NCBI GenBank assembly: GCA_964384825.1
Contig: CAYLMM010000003.1
Span: forward strand, 48,463 to 112,462
DNA: 64,000 nucleotides
Reading direction: 5' to 3'
Source of the DNA: an uncultured Fibrobacteraceae bacterium
Lineage (GTDB): Bacteria; Krumholzibacteriota; Krumholzibacteriia; LZORAL124-64-63
A model generated the notes under the pieces. That model was given only the letters and a program-made list of their open reading frames with translations, did no database searches and was not told the origin of the DNA. Position 1 is the stretch's first letter. Every line of letters begins with the position of its first letter. Positions 28,182 to 37,541 of the stretch are shown in pieces. The position numbers and the translations under genes are program-made.

Positions 28182-30053
28182 CTACCGGCCGTCGAGCCAG
28201 CGGCGGGCGAAGAGCTCCACGCCCACCGCGGCGCCGATTTCCGTGGCGGCGTTCACGCGCCCCGCGCTGTGGTCGGCATGCAGGGCCGCCAGCTGAGCGC
28301 CGTTCCAATAGGGACGCGAAAGAGTCGATTCGTCGTTGCAGATCTCGCCGAGGAACCGGTCCACGGCCGGATGGCGCGACCAGTCCTGCGGATTGCCGCC
28401 GGTCGAGAGGATCGTCCGCCGCCCGCGCAGCCCGCGCAGGATCTTGGCCGCCAGCACCTTCCGGTGCGGCGTGTCGGCGGGCAGGCCCGTGTTGGCGTAT
28501 TCCAGCTTCGCCAGATCGGGCAGCAGCCGCTTCAGCAGCTCGATGTAGGCGTGCAGCCCCCGGCGGTGCCGCAACGGGATGGAATAGGCCAGGTCGCGCA
28601 CCTCGTAATCGTAGAAGACGCTCGCGTCGCCGTGGAAGGGCCGGTCGTTCATGATCCCCAGCAGGCCCGCGTGGCGGCCGCCGCCGTATTCCTCGGTGAA
28701 CTGCTCCATCCGGTATTCCGCGGGCACCGCGGCCAGATCCGACCGCAGGATCTTCATGACCTCGGTCTCGAGATCGGGCGGGGGCTCGGTGGCGAAGCGC
28801 GCCGCATGCGCGCTCGGCAGCGGGCAGAGATCGCGATAGAACAGGGCCAGTTCCTCGTCGGTCTTCAGCTTCTCCAGCCAGGGATGCGAGACCCGGGGCC
28901 CGGCGCCGATCCGGTAGCGGGCGTACGCCGCCATCTGCATGAACCCCAGATCGGCCAGGATGTCGCCCATGATCAGGCCGCCGCGGTAGCCGTTCAGGTT
29001 GACCCGCGTCTTCTCGTGCATCACCAGGCAGCGCTCGATGCCGAAGGCGGCCATGATGTGGAAGGCGCCGTTCATCGTCGTGATGTAGTCCGAGGCGTGG
29101 TCCACGATCTTCCCGGCCTCGATGGGGAAGTGGATGTGCTCGATGCCCAGGCGGCCGCTGATGTCGCGGGCGATGCGCAGATCGTTCGCGTCCTCGGCGC
29201 CGAAGGTCCAGGCCTTCAGGTCGGGGAGCAGCGGAGCGGCCAGGCCGGTCATCAGGCGCGAGTCGAGGCCGCCGGAAAGGCTGGTCGAGAACGGGCCGGG
29301 GCGGCGTACGACACGGCGGGCCGCGGCGCGCAGCGCATCGCAGAGATCATCGATCTGCCTGTCCAGGGGCGCGTCCTCGCGCTTGCCGCCCATGCGGCCG
29401 TAATCCCAGTAGCGGCGGGATTCCGGCGCGCCGCCGGCGGTCGGAACGCGGGTGATCGTCGCCGGGTCGTAGTATTCCACGCCCCGGATCATGGTCTGCT
29501 TGAAGAAGAGGTGCTTGTAGGAGAAGACCGTGGCCAGCGCTTCGGGATCGTACTGCGGACGGAAGAGCCCGCAGCCGGCCAGGGGACCCAGCAGCGACGA
29601 ACAGGCGTGCGTGTCGCCCTCGCTCCACACGAACAGGGGATCCATGCCGTCGCGGTCGCTGCCGATCAGCAGCTCGCCGGCCTTCGCGTCGTGGATGATG
29701 CAGGTGAACTGCCCCTCCAGTTTCGCGGCGAAGTCGCGGCCGAATTTCGCATGGGCCAGCAGCGCCGCCCGGGCGTATTCGGCCTCGGCCAGCAGATGAT
29801 CGACTCCGCAATCCTCGAGGCTGCGGACGATGTGCCCGTCGACGGCCACGGTCACGCCGCCGCGTGCAGCGAGATGACGGGCGACATCGGCGTCGCCGGT
29901 TCCGTTGACCACCGCGCCCAGCCGGACCCGCCCCGGTTCGACGCAGATCGAGGCGGCCCGCTGCCAGGGGTACATCACCCCCGAGGCGACGAGCCGGTCG
30001 AAGACGGCTCCGGCGTCATCGCGGCCGGAAATCAGGCTGAAAACTGCGGGCAT
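28182..30053 (-). CDS. asparagine synthetase (glutamine-hydrolysing) family amidotransferase
   Basis: The C-terminal synthetase domain has SLSGGLDSRL, the PP-loop. The N-terminal Ntn-glutaminase-like half is divergent. Confidence 0.75.
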   Translation of the reverse strand: MPAVFSLISGRDDAGAVFDRLVASGVMYPWQRAASICVEPGRVRLGAVVNGTGDADVARHLAARGGVTVAVDGHIVRSLEDCGVDHLLAEAEYARAALLAHAKFGRDFAAKLEGQFTCIIHDAKAGELLIGSDRDGMDPLFVWSEGDTHACSSLLGPLAGCGLFRPQYDPEALATVFSYKHLFFKQTMIRGVEYYDPATITRVPTAGGAPESRRYWDYGRMGGKREDAPLDRQIDDLCDALRAAARRVVRRPGPFSTSLSGGLDSRLMTGLAAPLLPDLKAWTFGAEDANDLRIARDISGRLGIEHIHFPIEAGKIVDHASDYITTMNGAFHIMAAFGIERCLVMHEKTRVNLNGYRGGLIMGDILADLGFMQMAAYARYRIGAGPRVSHPWLEKLKTDEELALFYRDLCPLPSAHAARFATEPPPDLETEVMKILRSDLAAVPAEYRMEQFTEEYGGGRHAGLLGIMNDRPFHGDASVFYDYEVRDLAYSIPLRHRRGLHAYIELLKRLLPDLAKLEYANTGLPADTPHRKVLAAKILRGLRGRRTILSTGGNPQDWSRHPAVDRFLGEICNDESTLSRPYWNGAQLAALHADHSAGRVNAATEIGAAVGVELFARRWLDGR

Positions 30054-30101
30054 GGTCTGCTTCTACCTCTTGATTGCGCGTGATGCGGCGCCGGCCGGGG
30101 A

Positions 30102-31193
30102 TCAGGATCTCGCCATCAACGATTCGGTGATCTCCGCCGCGCGGGCGCGTTGCTTCTCGATCAGCGGCAGCATTCCCGCGGCCAGTTTCGCGACGTGGTC
30201 GGCGCGGCGGGAAGCGACGTCGCGGGTCATCAGCCACAGATCCCCGCCGTCGAGGGCGTCGGTGCGCACGTTCAGGTCCTGCTGTCCGATCGAAGCCATG
30301 TAGTCGCGGCATTTGGGGCGGTACTCGAGCATGATCGAGGGCACCCAGGCGCAGGTCGCGAGCACCGTGGCGTGGAGCTTCATCCCGACGAACACCGTCG
30401 AGCCGCGCACCTCGTCGAGATAGGCGGCATAATCCTCGTAGACGGTCACGATATCGCCGTTGGCGCCGCTCTTCTCGTCGGCCGCCCTGGTGATTTCCAG
30501 GTCGTGGGGCCAGACGACGAACCAGCGGACCTTCCAGCCCTCGCGCGCGGCGAGCCGGGCCAGGACTGCCATCCGTTCGACCAGATCCTCCTCGGCGCCC
30601 CAGAGCTTGCCGCCGGCCCGGCCGATGTTCAACCCCAGGACCGGCATTCCGGACGGAGCCTCGTCCAGACGGTCCGGTTCGGCGCAGGCGAGCACGGGAT
30701 CGCCGATGACCTCGGCTCCGGAAAATCCGGCGTCCTGCAGCAATTCCAGCGAGCGTGGGCCGCGCACGCCCACGTAGGAGCAGCGTTCGAGGGCGGGCAG
30801 CCAGCTCGACCGGAAATCCACCCAGTCCCCTTTTCCGTTCCAGAATTCCGGATCCTGGACGCCGGAACCGAAGATGAAGCTGGTCTTTGACCATTTCTGG
30901 CAATCGAGGAAGGTGTCCAGCCAGCCCCGCATCCCGTTGATCAGCGTTCCGCCGGCGAGCACGCAGTTCCGGGGGGAGCGCAGCGCGGCCCGCAGGGGGC
31001 CGAGGGTGCGGTGATCCGGATAGCGCACCAGGCCGCAGCGCGGGAACAGAAGCCGCTGCGCCGCGAAAAGGGCCTCGTCGCCGAGGTTCAGGTAGCCGAG
31101 CCAGCCGCTGGAATAGGCCACCTTCGGACCCCGGGCCGATGCGAGATCGGCGAGGAATCCGGCCATGTAGCTCAGGTCCTTCTTCAGCCCCAT
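30102..31193 (-). CDS. polysaccharide pyruvyl transferase (CsaB/WcaK family)
   Basis: GYLNLGDEALF... and GMKLHATVLA are pyruvyl-transferase family blocks. GGAGG lies 6 nt upstream of the ATG. Confidence 0.75.
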   Translation of the reverse strand: MGLKKDLSYMAGFLADLASARGPKVAYSSGWLGYLNLGDEALFAAQRLLFPRCGLVRYPDHRTLGPLRAALRSPRNCVLAGGTLINGMRGWLDTFLDCQKWSKTSFIFGSGVQDPEFWNGKGDWVDFRSSWLPALERCSYVGVRGPRSLELLQDAGFSGAEVIGDPVLACAEPDRLDEAPSGMPVLGLNIGRAGGKLWGAEEDLVERMAVLARLAAREGWKVRWFVVWPHDLEITRAADEKSGANGDIVTVYEDYAAYLDEVRGSTVFVGMKLHATVLATCAWVPSIMLEYRPKCRDYMASIGQQDLNVRTDALDGGDLWLMTRDVASRRADHVAKLAAGMLPLIEKQRARAAEITESLMARS

Positions 31194-31233
31194 TTTCCGC
31201 CTCCGTTCCGATGCGATCGCGGTTGCAGGAATA

Positions 31234-32760
31234 TCAATCGCCGCGGCGCCAACGGCCGCGGGGCAACGCGGGCAGGGGAACCCGCATCAGCAGCGTCGCG
31301 GGTCCGACGATCAACAGGAATACCACGGCCGTTCCGGCGGCGACAAGGCCGGAGACCCAGAGCGAAGTCGTGCTCCACATCGACATCAGGCCGGCGGCCC
31401 GGCCCGCCGCGGCCGTCAGGGCGAAGGCCAGCAGCGAAGGCGCGAGCGGCAGCATGAACCGGCCGTAGCCGATGCCGAGGATCCGGGCGGTGTAGATCGG
31501 CTGGATGATCAGCTTGATCAGCAGCATCGGGATGGCCGTTCCCAGGGCCACGCCCACGATGCCGTACCTGCCCACAAGCAGCAGGCTGAGCACCAGGTTC
31601 GCGGCGCCTTCGGCCAGGTTCTGCCAGGCGTAGTAGCGGTGCTTGTTCGTGGCGTAGAGCAGGCCCAGCGCCGGGTTCTGGGCCAGCGCGAAGGCGTACC
31701 CCCCCGCCAGGACCCAAAGCACGGGCATCGAACCGAGGAAGTCCCGGCCCACCCAGATGTTGATGAACTGGCCGCCGAGAACCAGCGCCAGGGTGCAGAG
31801 CCCGAACGAGAGCGGGGCGGTCACCGAAAGGGCCTTCATGAACAGGCGCTGCATCTCGCTCCGGTCGCCGCGGGCGTCGATCGAAGCGAAGCGGGGGGTG
31901 AGCACGCCCGAGGCGGTGCCGATCAGGCTGACCACGTGGTGCATGATGTTGCCGGCGATGGCGTAGACGGCGATGGCCTCGGCGCCGACCTTCTTGGCGA
32001 TCACGAAGCTGTCGAGCGAGAACCGCAGCCGGTCGCCGACCACGATCAGCGTCGCGATGCCGCCGAAGGTCAGCAGCGTGCCCGCGACGCCGCGCCGGAC
32101 CAGCCCCGGGCGGATGCGTATCTCCGGCAGCCGCCGCCGCCAGAGCATCAGGCAGAGGATGAAGCGCGCCAGGCTCGTGCCCAGGTTGGCGAACGCCACC
32201 CCGAGCAGCCCCATGCCGGCCTCCAGCAGCACCACCGTCAGCGCGGCCTGCAGCACATGGGTTCCGATCATCGCCATGTTCAGCGGCACGAAGAGTTCCC
32301 GCGCCCGCAGCAGGGCCGCCAGCACGCTGGTCAGCAGGGTGAAGAGGGTGCCCACGGCCAGCACGATGATCACCCGCGCGAAGATGCCGGAGAATTCGGG
32401 GTCGACCTCGAAGAAGCCGGCCAGCGGACCGGCCAGCAGCAGGGTCGCGACGATGAGCGCCGCCCCGACGGCCGTGAAGATGGCCGTCGACGTGCTGGCG
32501 GTCACGCTTGCGGCATGGAAATCATCGAGAGCCGATTGGCGGGCGACGTAGCGCATCACGGCGGAATCCACGCCCATCCGCAGGATGCCGTAGTAGCCGA
32601 CGATCGCCAGGATCAGCGACCAGATCCCGTAGCCGGCCTTGCCGATGTGGGAGATGATGAAGGGCGTCAGCAGCAGGGCCATCAGGACGTGCGTCAGCAG
32701 CGCGGCCCAGTTGCTGGCCGCGTTCGCGTAGATCGAGGGCCTGCGCCGGGCGGCGGTCAT
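31234..32760 (-). CDS. MOP-superfamily oligosaccharide flippase (Wzx-like)
   Basis: Start at MTAARRRPSIYANAASNW. About 12 predicted TM helices. The start overlaps the upstream GT stop (ATGA). The 817-aa track ORF is an upstream read-through. Confidence 0.75.
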   Translation of the reverse strand: MTAARRRPSIYANAASNWAALLTHVLMALLLTPFIISHIGKAGYGIWSLILAIVGYYGILRMGVDSAVMRYVARQSALDDFHAASVTASTSTAIFTAVGAALIVATLLLAGPLAGFFEVDPEFSGIFARVIIVLAVGTLFTLLTSVLAALLRARELFVPLNMAMIGTHVLQAALTVVLLEAGMGLLGVAFANLGTSLARFILCLMLWRRRLPEIRIRPGLVRRGVAGTLLTFGGIATLIVVGDRLRFSLDSFVIAKKVGAEAIAVYAIAGNIMHHVVSLIGTASGVLTPRFASIDARGDRSEMQRLFMKALSVTAPLSFGLCTLALVLGGQFINIWVGRDFLGSMPVLWVLAGGYAFALAQNPALGLLYATNKHRYYAWQNLAEGAANLVLSLLLVGRYGIVGVALGTAIPMLLIKLIIQPIYTARILGIGYGRFMLPLAPSLLAFALTAAAGRAAGLMSMWSTTSLWVSGLVAAGTAVVFLLIVGPATLLMRVPLPALPRGRWRRGD

Positions 32761-33911
32761 GACTCGGCCCGGCAGGAAACGCGGGCGGTGATCTCGTCGC
32801 GCATCTTGTCCCCCACGGCGTTCCAGGTGTAGCGGGATTCCGCGATCCGGCGCCCGTGGCGGCCCATGTCCCAGCATAGCTGGGGATCGGACAGCAGGGT
32901 GTCCAGATGCTCGGCCAGGGCCTGCACGTTCCCGGGCGGCACGCGGAATCCGTTGTGGCCGTTGACCACGAAATCGGGCGGGGCGCCGATGTCCAGGGTC
33001 ACCACCGGCAGCCCGTTCATCTGCGCCTCCAGGTAGACGATGCCGAAGGCGTCGCCCTTCGAAGGCATGCAGAAGACCGACGCCTTCTCGTACTGCGCGC
33101 TCACCTCGTCCAGGGGGATCCGGCCGAGGACCTCCACGCCCGGCTCGTCGATCCCGGGGTTGCAGCCGACGATCGTCAGGGTGGCGTCGGGATGGTCGCG
33201 GCGCAGGATGCGGAAGGCGGCCAGCAGTTCCGGCCCGCCCTTCAGCTTCCACAGCACGCCCACGAAGAGGATCCGCTTGCGGGCGTAGTCGTCCGGCGTC
33301 CGGCCCGAGATGTCCGGCAGCACGCCGTCGCGGTAGGCGTTGCAGCCCACGCCCACGCAGGCGATCCGGTTCTCGGGATGGTCGTAGTCGCGCATCAGCG
33401 AGCGCGAGACGTTGCTGCTCATGGTGAAGACAGCGTCGGCGTTCCGGTAGATCTCGGGTTCGAGCTTCCGCCACCGGTGCGAGAAGATGTCGATCCGTCG
33501 GGACTCCGTCTGCCCGTAGTCCAGGTTCGCCAGCAGCGTGTGGTCGGTGTACACGAAATGCGGCAGGCCGGGCACCTGGGCGTCGAAGAGGCTCTGGGTC
33601 TGGAAGGTGAAGTCGTAATCCCGGTGCGGGGCCAGCGCCGCCGCGACCTCCTTCTTGATCGCGCGGAACATGAACGAGGTCACCCACTTGCTCCAGGCGT
33701 AGCTGCGTTTCCGGGTGAAGAAGATGTTCGGGTACTCGAGCGCGACGTGCGGCAGGTTGCGGAACTGCAGCGGGGCGAACCGTGGGATCAGCTCGGAGAT
33801 GTCGATGTCCACGACCTCGTGCTCGGGAAAGACGCGCACGAGCTGTCGCCGCACGCTCTCGTTCGTGCCCGAGAACTCCCGGAACCGGATGTAGGCGATC
33901 TTCCTGGTCAT
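32757..33911 (-). CDS. glycosyltransferase (GT4-like, GT-B fold)
   Basis: Start at MTRKIAYIRF. The C-terminus has MPSKGDAFGIVYLEAQMNGLPVV (EX7E). Confidence 0.7.
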   Translation of the reverse strand: MTRKIAYIRFREFSGTNESVRRQLVRVFPEHEVVDIDISELIPRFAPLQFRNLPHVALEYPNIFFTRKRSYAWSKWVTSFMFRAIKKEVAAALAPHRDYDFTFQTQSLFDAQVPGLPHFVYTDHTLLANLDYGQTESRRIDIFSHRWRKLEPEIYRNADAVFTMSSNVSRSLMRDYDHPENRIACVGVGCNAYRDGVLPDISGRTPDDYARKRILFVGVLWKLKGGPELLAAFRILRRDHPDATLTIVGCNPGIDEPGVEVLGRIPLDEVSAQYEKASVFCMPSKGDAFGIVYLEAQMNGLPVVTLDIGAPPDFVVNGHNGFRVPPGNVQALAEHLDTLLSDPQLCWDMGRHGRRIAESRYTWNAVGDKMRDEITARVSCRAES

Positions 33912-33927
33912 GCTCTTGTCTCCCGGG

Positions 33928-34887
33928 TCACCGCGCCGCCTCCAGTGGAGCCCCGAGCACATGGACACGGCTCCGTTCGTTTCCCCAGACGCTTTGGATC
34001 ACGGTTCGTTTCGCCGATCGGTTCAGATGGTACGGATCGGAGAAATTCCCCCGGTCCGAGGTCAGATCGTTGACGAAGTCGAAATCGTAGACCGGCGCCA
34101 GGGCGGCCAGGTCCCGCTTGAACCGCTCGTATTCCTTTTCCAGCCCGTAGCGGCCGACCTGGGCCTGCAGATCCGCGTGGCCGGGGAAGATCACCAGCCT
34201 CAGATCGATGCCCCGCTCGCGGCAGTACGACGCCACCTCTGCCAGACGCCGCCGGTAATCCTCGGGATAGCGGTAGTTGTCGTAATAGATCCGCGTCGTG
34301 GACTCGATCTGGTGGCGCCAGAAATCGTCGGCCGACATCGGCGGCCGGCCCACCTCGATCTTCTTTCCCAGCAGCCGGCGCTGCAGCAGCTTGCCGGTCG
34401 CGTCCAGCACGTTGATGTCGCTGAAGTAGAGCAGCGGGTTGGCGAGGATCGCTTCGACCTCGGAGATGCGGTCCTTGGCGTTGGTCGCGCTGTAGAGGTT
34501 GAAGTTCACGCCGATGCAGACCCGCCGCAGTTCGGCGCGCTCGGCGGCGAACCGGAAGCTGCGCAGGATCTCCTCGAGCGAGGCGCCGCCGTAGGCCAGG
34601 TTGGCCCAGGGTTCGCCGGTCGCCGCGGCGACCGAATCGGGTGCGATCCCCATCATCCGCGAATCCCCGAGCAGGATGTTCGGCAGCGGGTCGTTCCGGT
34701 AATGCAGCAGCTTCCACAGCGGGTAGTGCAGCCGGAAGGAGATCTCCTGCTTGTCGGCGTCGGGGACCAGGCGCGACACGCCGAAGAAATCGTAGGGGTC
34801 GACAGCCACGATCACCAGGCCGTAGAGCAGCAGCGGCACCGCGAACAGGGCCGTCTTGCGCAGCAGCTTTTTGACGTCGTTCGGCAT
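33928..34887 (-). CDS. SGNH/GDSL-like protein with an N-terminal TM anchor (DltD/AlgJ-like partner of the MBOAT acyltransferase)
   Basis: A TM helix ALFAVPLLLYGLVIVAV. LLGDSRM is the GDS block I. FSDPYHLN is the DxxH block V. It lies immediately downstream of the MBOAT gene. Confidence 0.55.
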   Translation of the reverse strand: MPNDVKKLLRKTALFAVPLLLYGLVIVAVDPYDFFGVSRLVPDADKQEISFRLHYPLWKLLHYRNDPLPNILLGDSRMMGIAPDSVAAATGEPWANLAYGGASLEEILRSFRFAAERAELRRVCIGVNFNLYSATNAKDRISEVEAILANPLLYFSDINVLDATGKLLQRRLLGKKIEVGRPPMSADDFWRHQIESTTRIYYDNYRYPEDYRRRLAEVASYCRERGIDLRLVIFPGHADLQAQVGRYGLEKEYERFKRDLAALAPVYDFDFVNDLTSDRGNFSDPYHLNRSAKRTVIQSVWGNERSRVHVLGAPLEAAR

Positions 34888-34896
34888 TCGGTCGCC

Positions 34897-36384
34897 CTAG
34901 AACTGGAAGTAGATGAATTGCTGCGACTGGTTGAAGGCCCCCAGCAGCACGATTCCCGCGAACAGCGCGTAGTAGACCGCCCATCTCAGCCAGACCGGAC
35001 GGGTCGAGAGCATCGAGCGCATGCTGTGCTTCCGCTGCAGGAAATGGACGCTCTCCATGAACGCGATCGCCAGCACGGCGATCGTCATCTCCCGCTGCGA
35101 CAGGCCGAGCCCGCGGAACTCGACGTTCAGGGCCGACAGGTCCAGCGTCGCGATCGCATGCAGGAATCCGCCCAGTCCGTCGGTGACGTGCCCGGCCACG
35201 TAGAAGGCGTCGGACACGGAGTTGGCGCGGAAGAAGATCCAGGCGAAACAGGTCAGCCCGAAGGTGAAGGCCACCGCGGGGATCTTGTAGCCCCAGGAGG
35301 TCGGCCGCAGGCGCAGCAGCCTCATCACCGCCCGGCGCGGCCGGTCGAACAGGATCTCCAGGATCAGGTAGACGCCGTTCAGCCCGCCCCAGATCAGGAA
35401 GGTCCAGTTGGCGCCGTGCCACAGGCCGCTGATCAGGAAGGTCATGAACAGGTTGAAGTACCAGCGCAGCTTGCCGACCCGGTTGCCGCCGAGCGAGATG
35501 TACAGGTAGTCGCGGAACCAGGTCGAGAGGCTGATATGCCAGCGCTTCCAGAACTCCGAGATCGATTTCGCGTAGTAGGGCCGGTCGAAGTTCTTCATCA
35601 GCCGGAAGCCCATCACCTGGGCCGAGCCGATGGCGATGTCGGAATATCCCGAGAAGTCGCAGTAGATCTGGAAGGCGAAGAACACCGTGCCGATCAGCAG
35701 CTGCGGCCCCGTGTGGTCGTGCGGGGAGTTGTAGACGGAGTTGACCACCGCCGCCACGCGGTCGGCGATGACCACCTTCTTGAACAGCCCCCACAGGATC
35801 AGCTTCAGCCCGTCGGTGACCCGGCGGTACTCGAACTCGTGGTTCAGGTAGAACTGCGGCAGCAGGTTGTGGGACCGCTCGATAGGCCCGGCCACCAGCT
35901 GCGGGAAGAACGAGACGTAGAGCGCGAAGATGCCCAGATGCCGCTCGGGCGGATGGACGCCCCGGTAGACCGAGATCGAGTAGCTCAGCGTCTGGAAGGT
36001 GTAGAACGAGATGCCCACCGGCAGCAGCACGTCGAAGTGGGGGATCCCGTAGAATATGTTGAACTGCTCGAAGACCTGCCGCAGCGAGTCGCTGGCGAAG
36101 TTGAAATACTTGAAGGCGAAGAGCAGTCCCAGGTTCGTGAAGATGCTCATCAGCAGGAACTTGCGGCGGCGCGGCTTCTCGGTTTCGGCGCCCATGCGCA
36201 GGCCGGCCCAGTAGTCGACCAGGGTGGATGCCACGATCAGCAGGACGTACTCCACCTTCCAGCACATGTAGAAGTAGTAGCTGGCGGCCAGCAGCAGCAT
36301 CCAGCGCCGGCGTTGCGGCGTCAGGAAATAGAGCGTGACGACGACCGGGAAGAAGACCAGGTACTGGAGGGAGTTGAAGAGCAT
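34897..36384 (-). CDS. MBOAT-family membrane O-acyltransferase (AlgI/DltB-like)
   Basis: The MLFNSLQYLVFF start is typical. WHISLSTWFRDYLY contains the conserved His. GLWHGANWTF is a family block. I chose the ATG at 36384; upstream in-frame ATGs exist. Confidence 0.8.
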   Translation of the reverse strand: MLFNSLQYLVFFPVVVTLYFLTPQRRRWMLLLAASYYFYMCWKVEYVLLIVASTLVDYWAGLRMGAETEKPRRRKFLLMSIFTNLGLLFAFKYFNFASDSLRQVFEQFNIFYGIPHFDVLLPVGISFYTFQTLSYSISVYRGVHPPERHLGIFALYVSFFPQLVAGPIERSHNLLPQFYLNHEFEYRRVTDGLKLILWGLFKKVVIADRVAAVVNSVYNSPHDHTGPQLLIGTVFFAFQIYCDFSGYSDIAIGSAQVMGFRLMKNFDRPYYAKSISEFWKRWHISLSTWFRDYLYISLGGNRVGKLRWYFNLFMTFLISGLWHGANWTFLIWGGLNGVYLILEILFDRPRRAVMRLLRLRPTSWGYKIPAVAFTFGLTCFAWIFFRANSVSDAFYVAGHVTDGLGGFLHAIATLDLSALNVEFRGLGLSQREMTIAVLAIAFMESVHFLQRKHSMRSMLSTRPVWLRWAVYYALFAGIVLLGAFNQSQQFIYFQF

Positions 36385-36519
36385 CGGCCGCGCAAGCCTC
36401 CATGCGGCGGATAGGGGGGGATCCGGGGACGGATCCTCCATATTCGCCATCGGATCCGGCATTGGGCCGGATCCCGGGGGAAAGGTCGATCGCCGCGACG
36501 TGAACCGGGCGAGGTTGTC

Positions 36520-36548
36520 TTGACGTGGACATCGGACTGGAATATAAT
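36520..36548 (+). promoter_or_regulatory. near-consensus sigma70 promoter (TTGACG-N17-TATAAT) in the divergent EPS-locus intergenic region
   Basis: tTGACGtggacatcggactggaaTATAATtcc reads toward the + strand operon starting at 36778. Confidence 0.45.
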
Positions 36549-36626
36549 TCCTGAAGCCATTTTAGCCGCATGGCTGCGATTTTTCCACTCCCCATCCGCC
36601 CAAGGAGTCCGACGAGTTGACTTTTT

Positions 36627-36641
36627 GTTAAAGCGTTTAAC
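36627..36641. promoter_or_regulatory. 15-bp palindrome GTTAAAgcgTTTAAC in the 5' leader of the + strand EPS operon
   Basis: A perfect 6-bp inverted repeat with a 3-bp spacer in an AT-rich leader. Confidence 0.25.
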
Positions 36642-36777
36642 GCCAACGACGAATATGTCAACGTAGCAATGCTGCGGACTTTCCGGGGTGCGGCTTTTCC
36701 TGAACTCCCCGGTCGTACATTATTCAAGCGCTATCCGGCATCGCCCCTCGCCCGAGAGAGTGCAGGCGGAGGGAAGC

Positions 36778-37512
36778 ATGGCGGATAAGCGGGAGCGGCA
36801 GATGAGCAAGATCCTCGAAGCGATGCGCAAGACCGGCGGAGCCGCCGACTTCGGATTCCGGCTCGAGACCCTCGGCGTCGAAAGGCTCTTTCCGGCTCCG
36901 GTCGGACGGCAGGTCGCGGAATTCGAGAGGCTTGCCAACGAGCTGCTGAGTCTCCACACCGGGGAACGCGGCCTGGTCCTGACCTTCGCCTCGAACGCCC
37001 GGGGCGAAGGCGCGAGCTACGTCTCGTTCAACGTCGCGCGGCATCTCTCGGTCCTGCTGGACCGCAAGATCGCCTGGATCGACGCCAACTTCCTCTCCCC
37101 GCAGCGCAGCATCGAGGCCGAGGGCTGCAATTTTCGCATGCTTCTGGAAAACCCCGGCCGGCTCGACGAGCTCGATACGGCGGGCAATCTGGCCGTCATC
37201 CCGAACGTGGATTCGAAGTTCAAGGCGACCCATCTGATCGCCGGCCCCGGCTATCCCGAACTGCTGCGAGCCTGCCGCGAGAAATTCTTCTTCACAATTC
37301 TGGACGCGCCCCCGATTCTGGAATCTGTCGATCTGGTGCATATCGCGCGACCGACCGACGGCCTGGTCGTGGTGATCGAGGCTCGCAACCTCAAGCACGA
37401 GATCATCAATCACGGCATCGAGACCGTCGGCGCCCAAGGGGTCAGGGTGCTGGGATCCGTCATCAACCGGCGGACCTTCGACATCCCCGGCTTCCTGTAC
37501 AGCAAGCTTTGA
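36778..37512 (+). CDS. BY-kinase/CpsD-like P-loop domain protein with a degenerate Walker A (Lys->Ala)
   Basis: The Walker A-like motif is SNARGEGASYVSFNVA, versus the consensus GEGKS. The Walker A' is IAWIDANF and the Walker B is FFFTILDAPP. There is no C-terminal Tyr cluster. Start at MADKRERQ (GGAGGG RBS). Confidence 0.65.
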   Translation: MADKRERQMSKILEAMRKTGGAADFGFRLETLGVERLFPAPVGRQVAEFERLANELLSLHTGERGLVLTFASNARGEGASYVSFNVARHLSVLLDRKIAWIDANFLSPQRSIEAEGCNFRMLLENPGRLDELDTAGNLAVIPNVDSKFKATHLIAGPGYPELLRACREKFFFTILDAPPILESVDLVHIARPTDGLVVVIEARNLKHEIINHGIETVGAQGVRVLGSVINRRTFDIPGFLYSKL

Positions 37513-37541
37513 GCAAGGATCCCAGTCAAGGAGGAGCCCCG

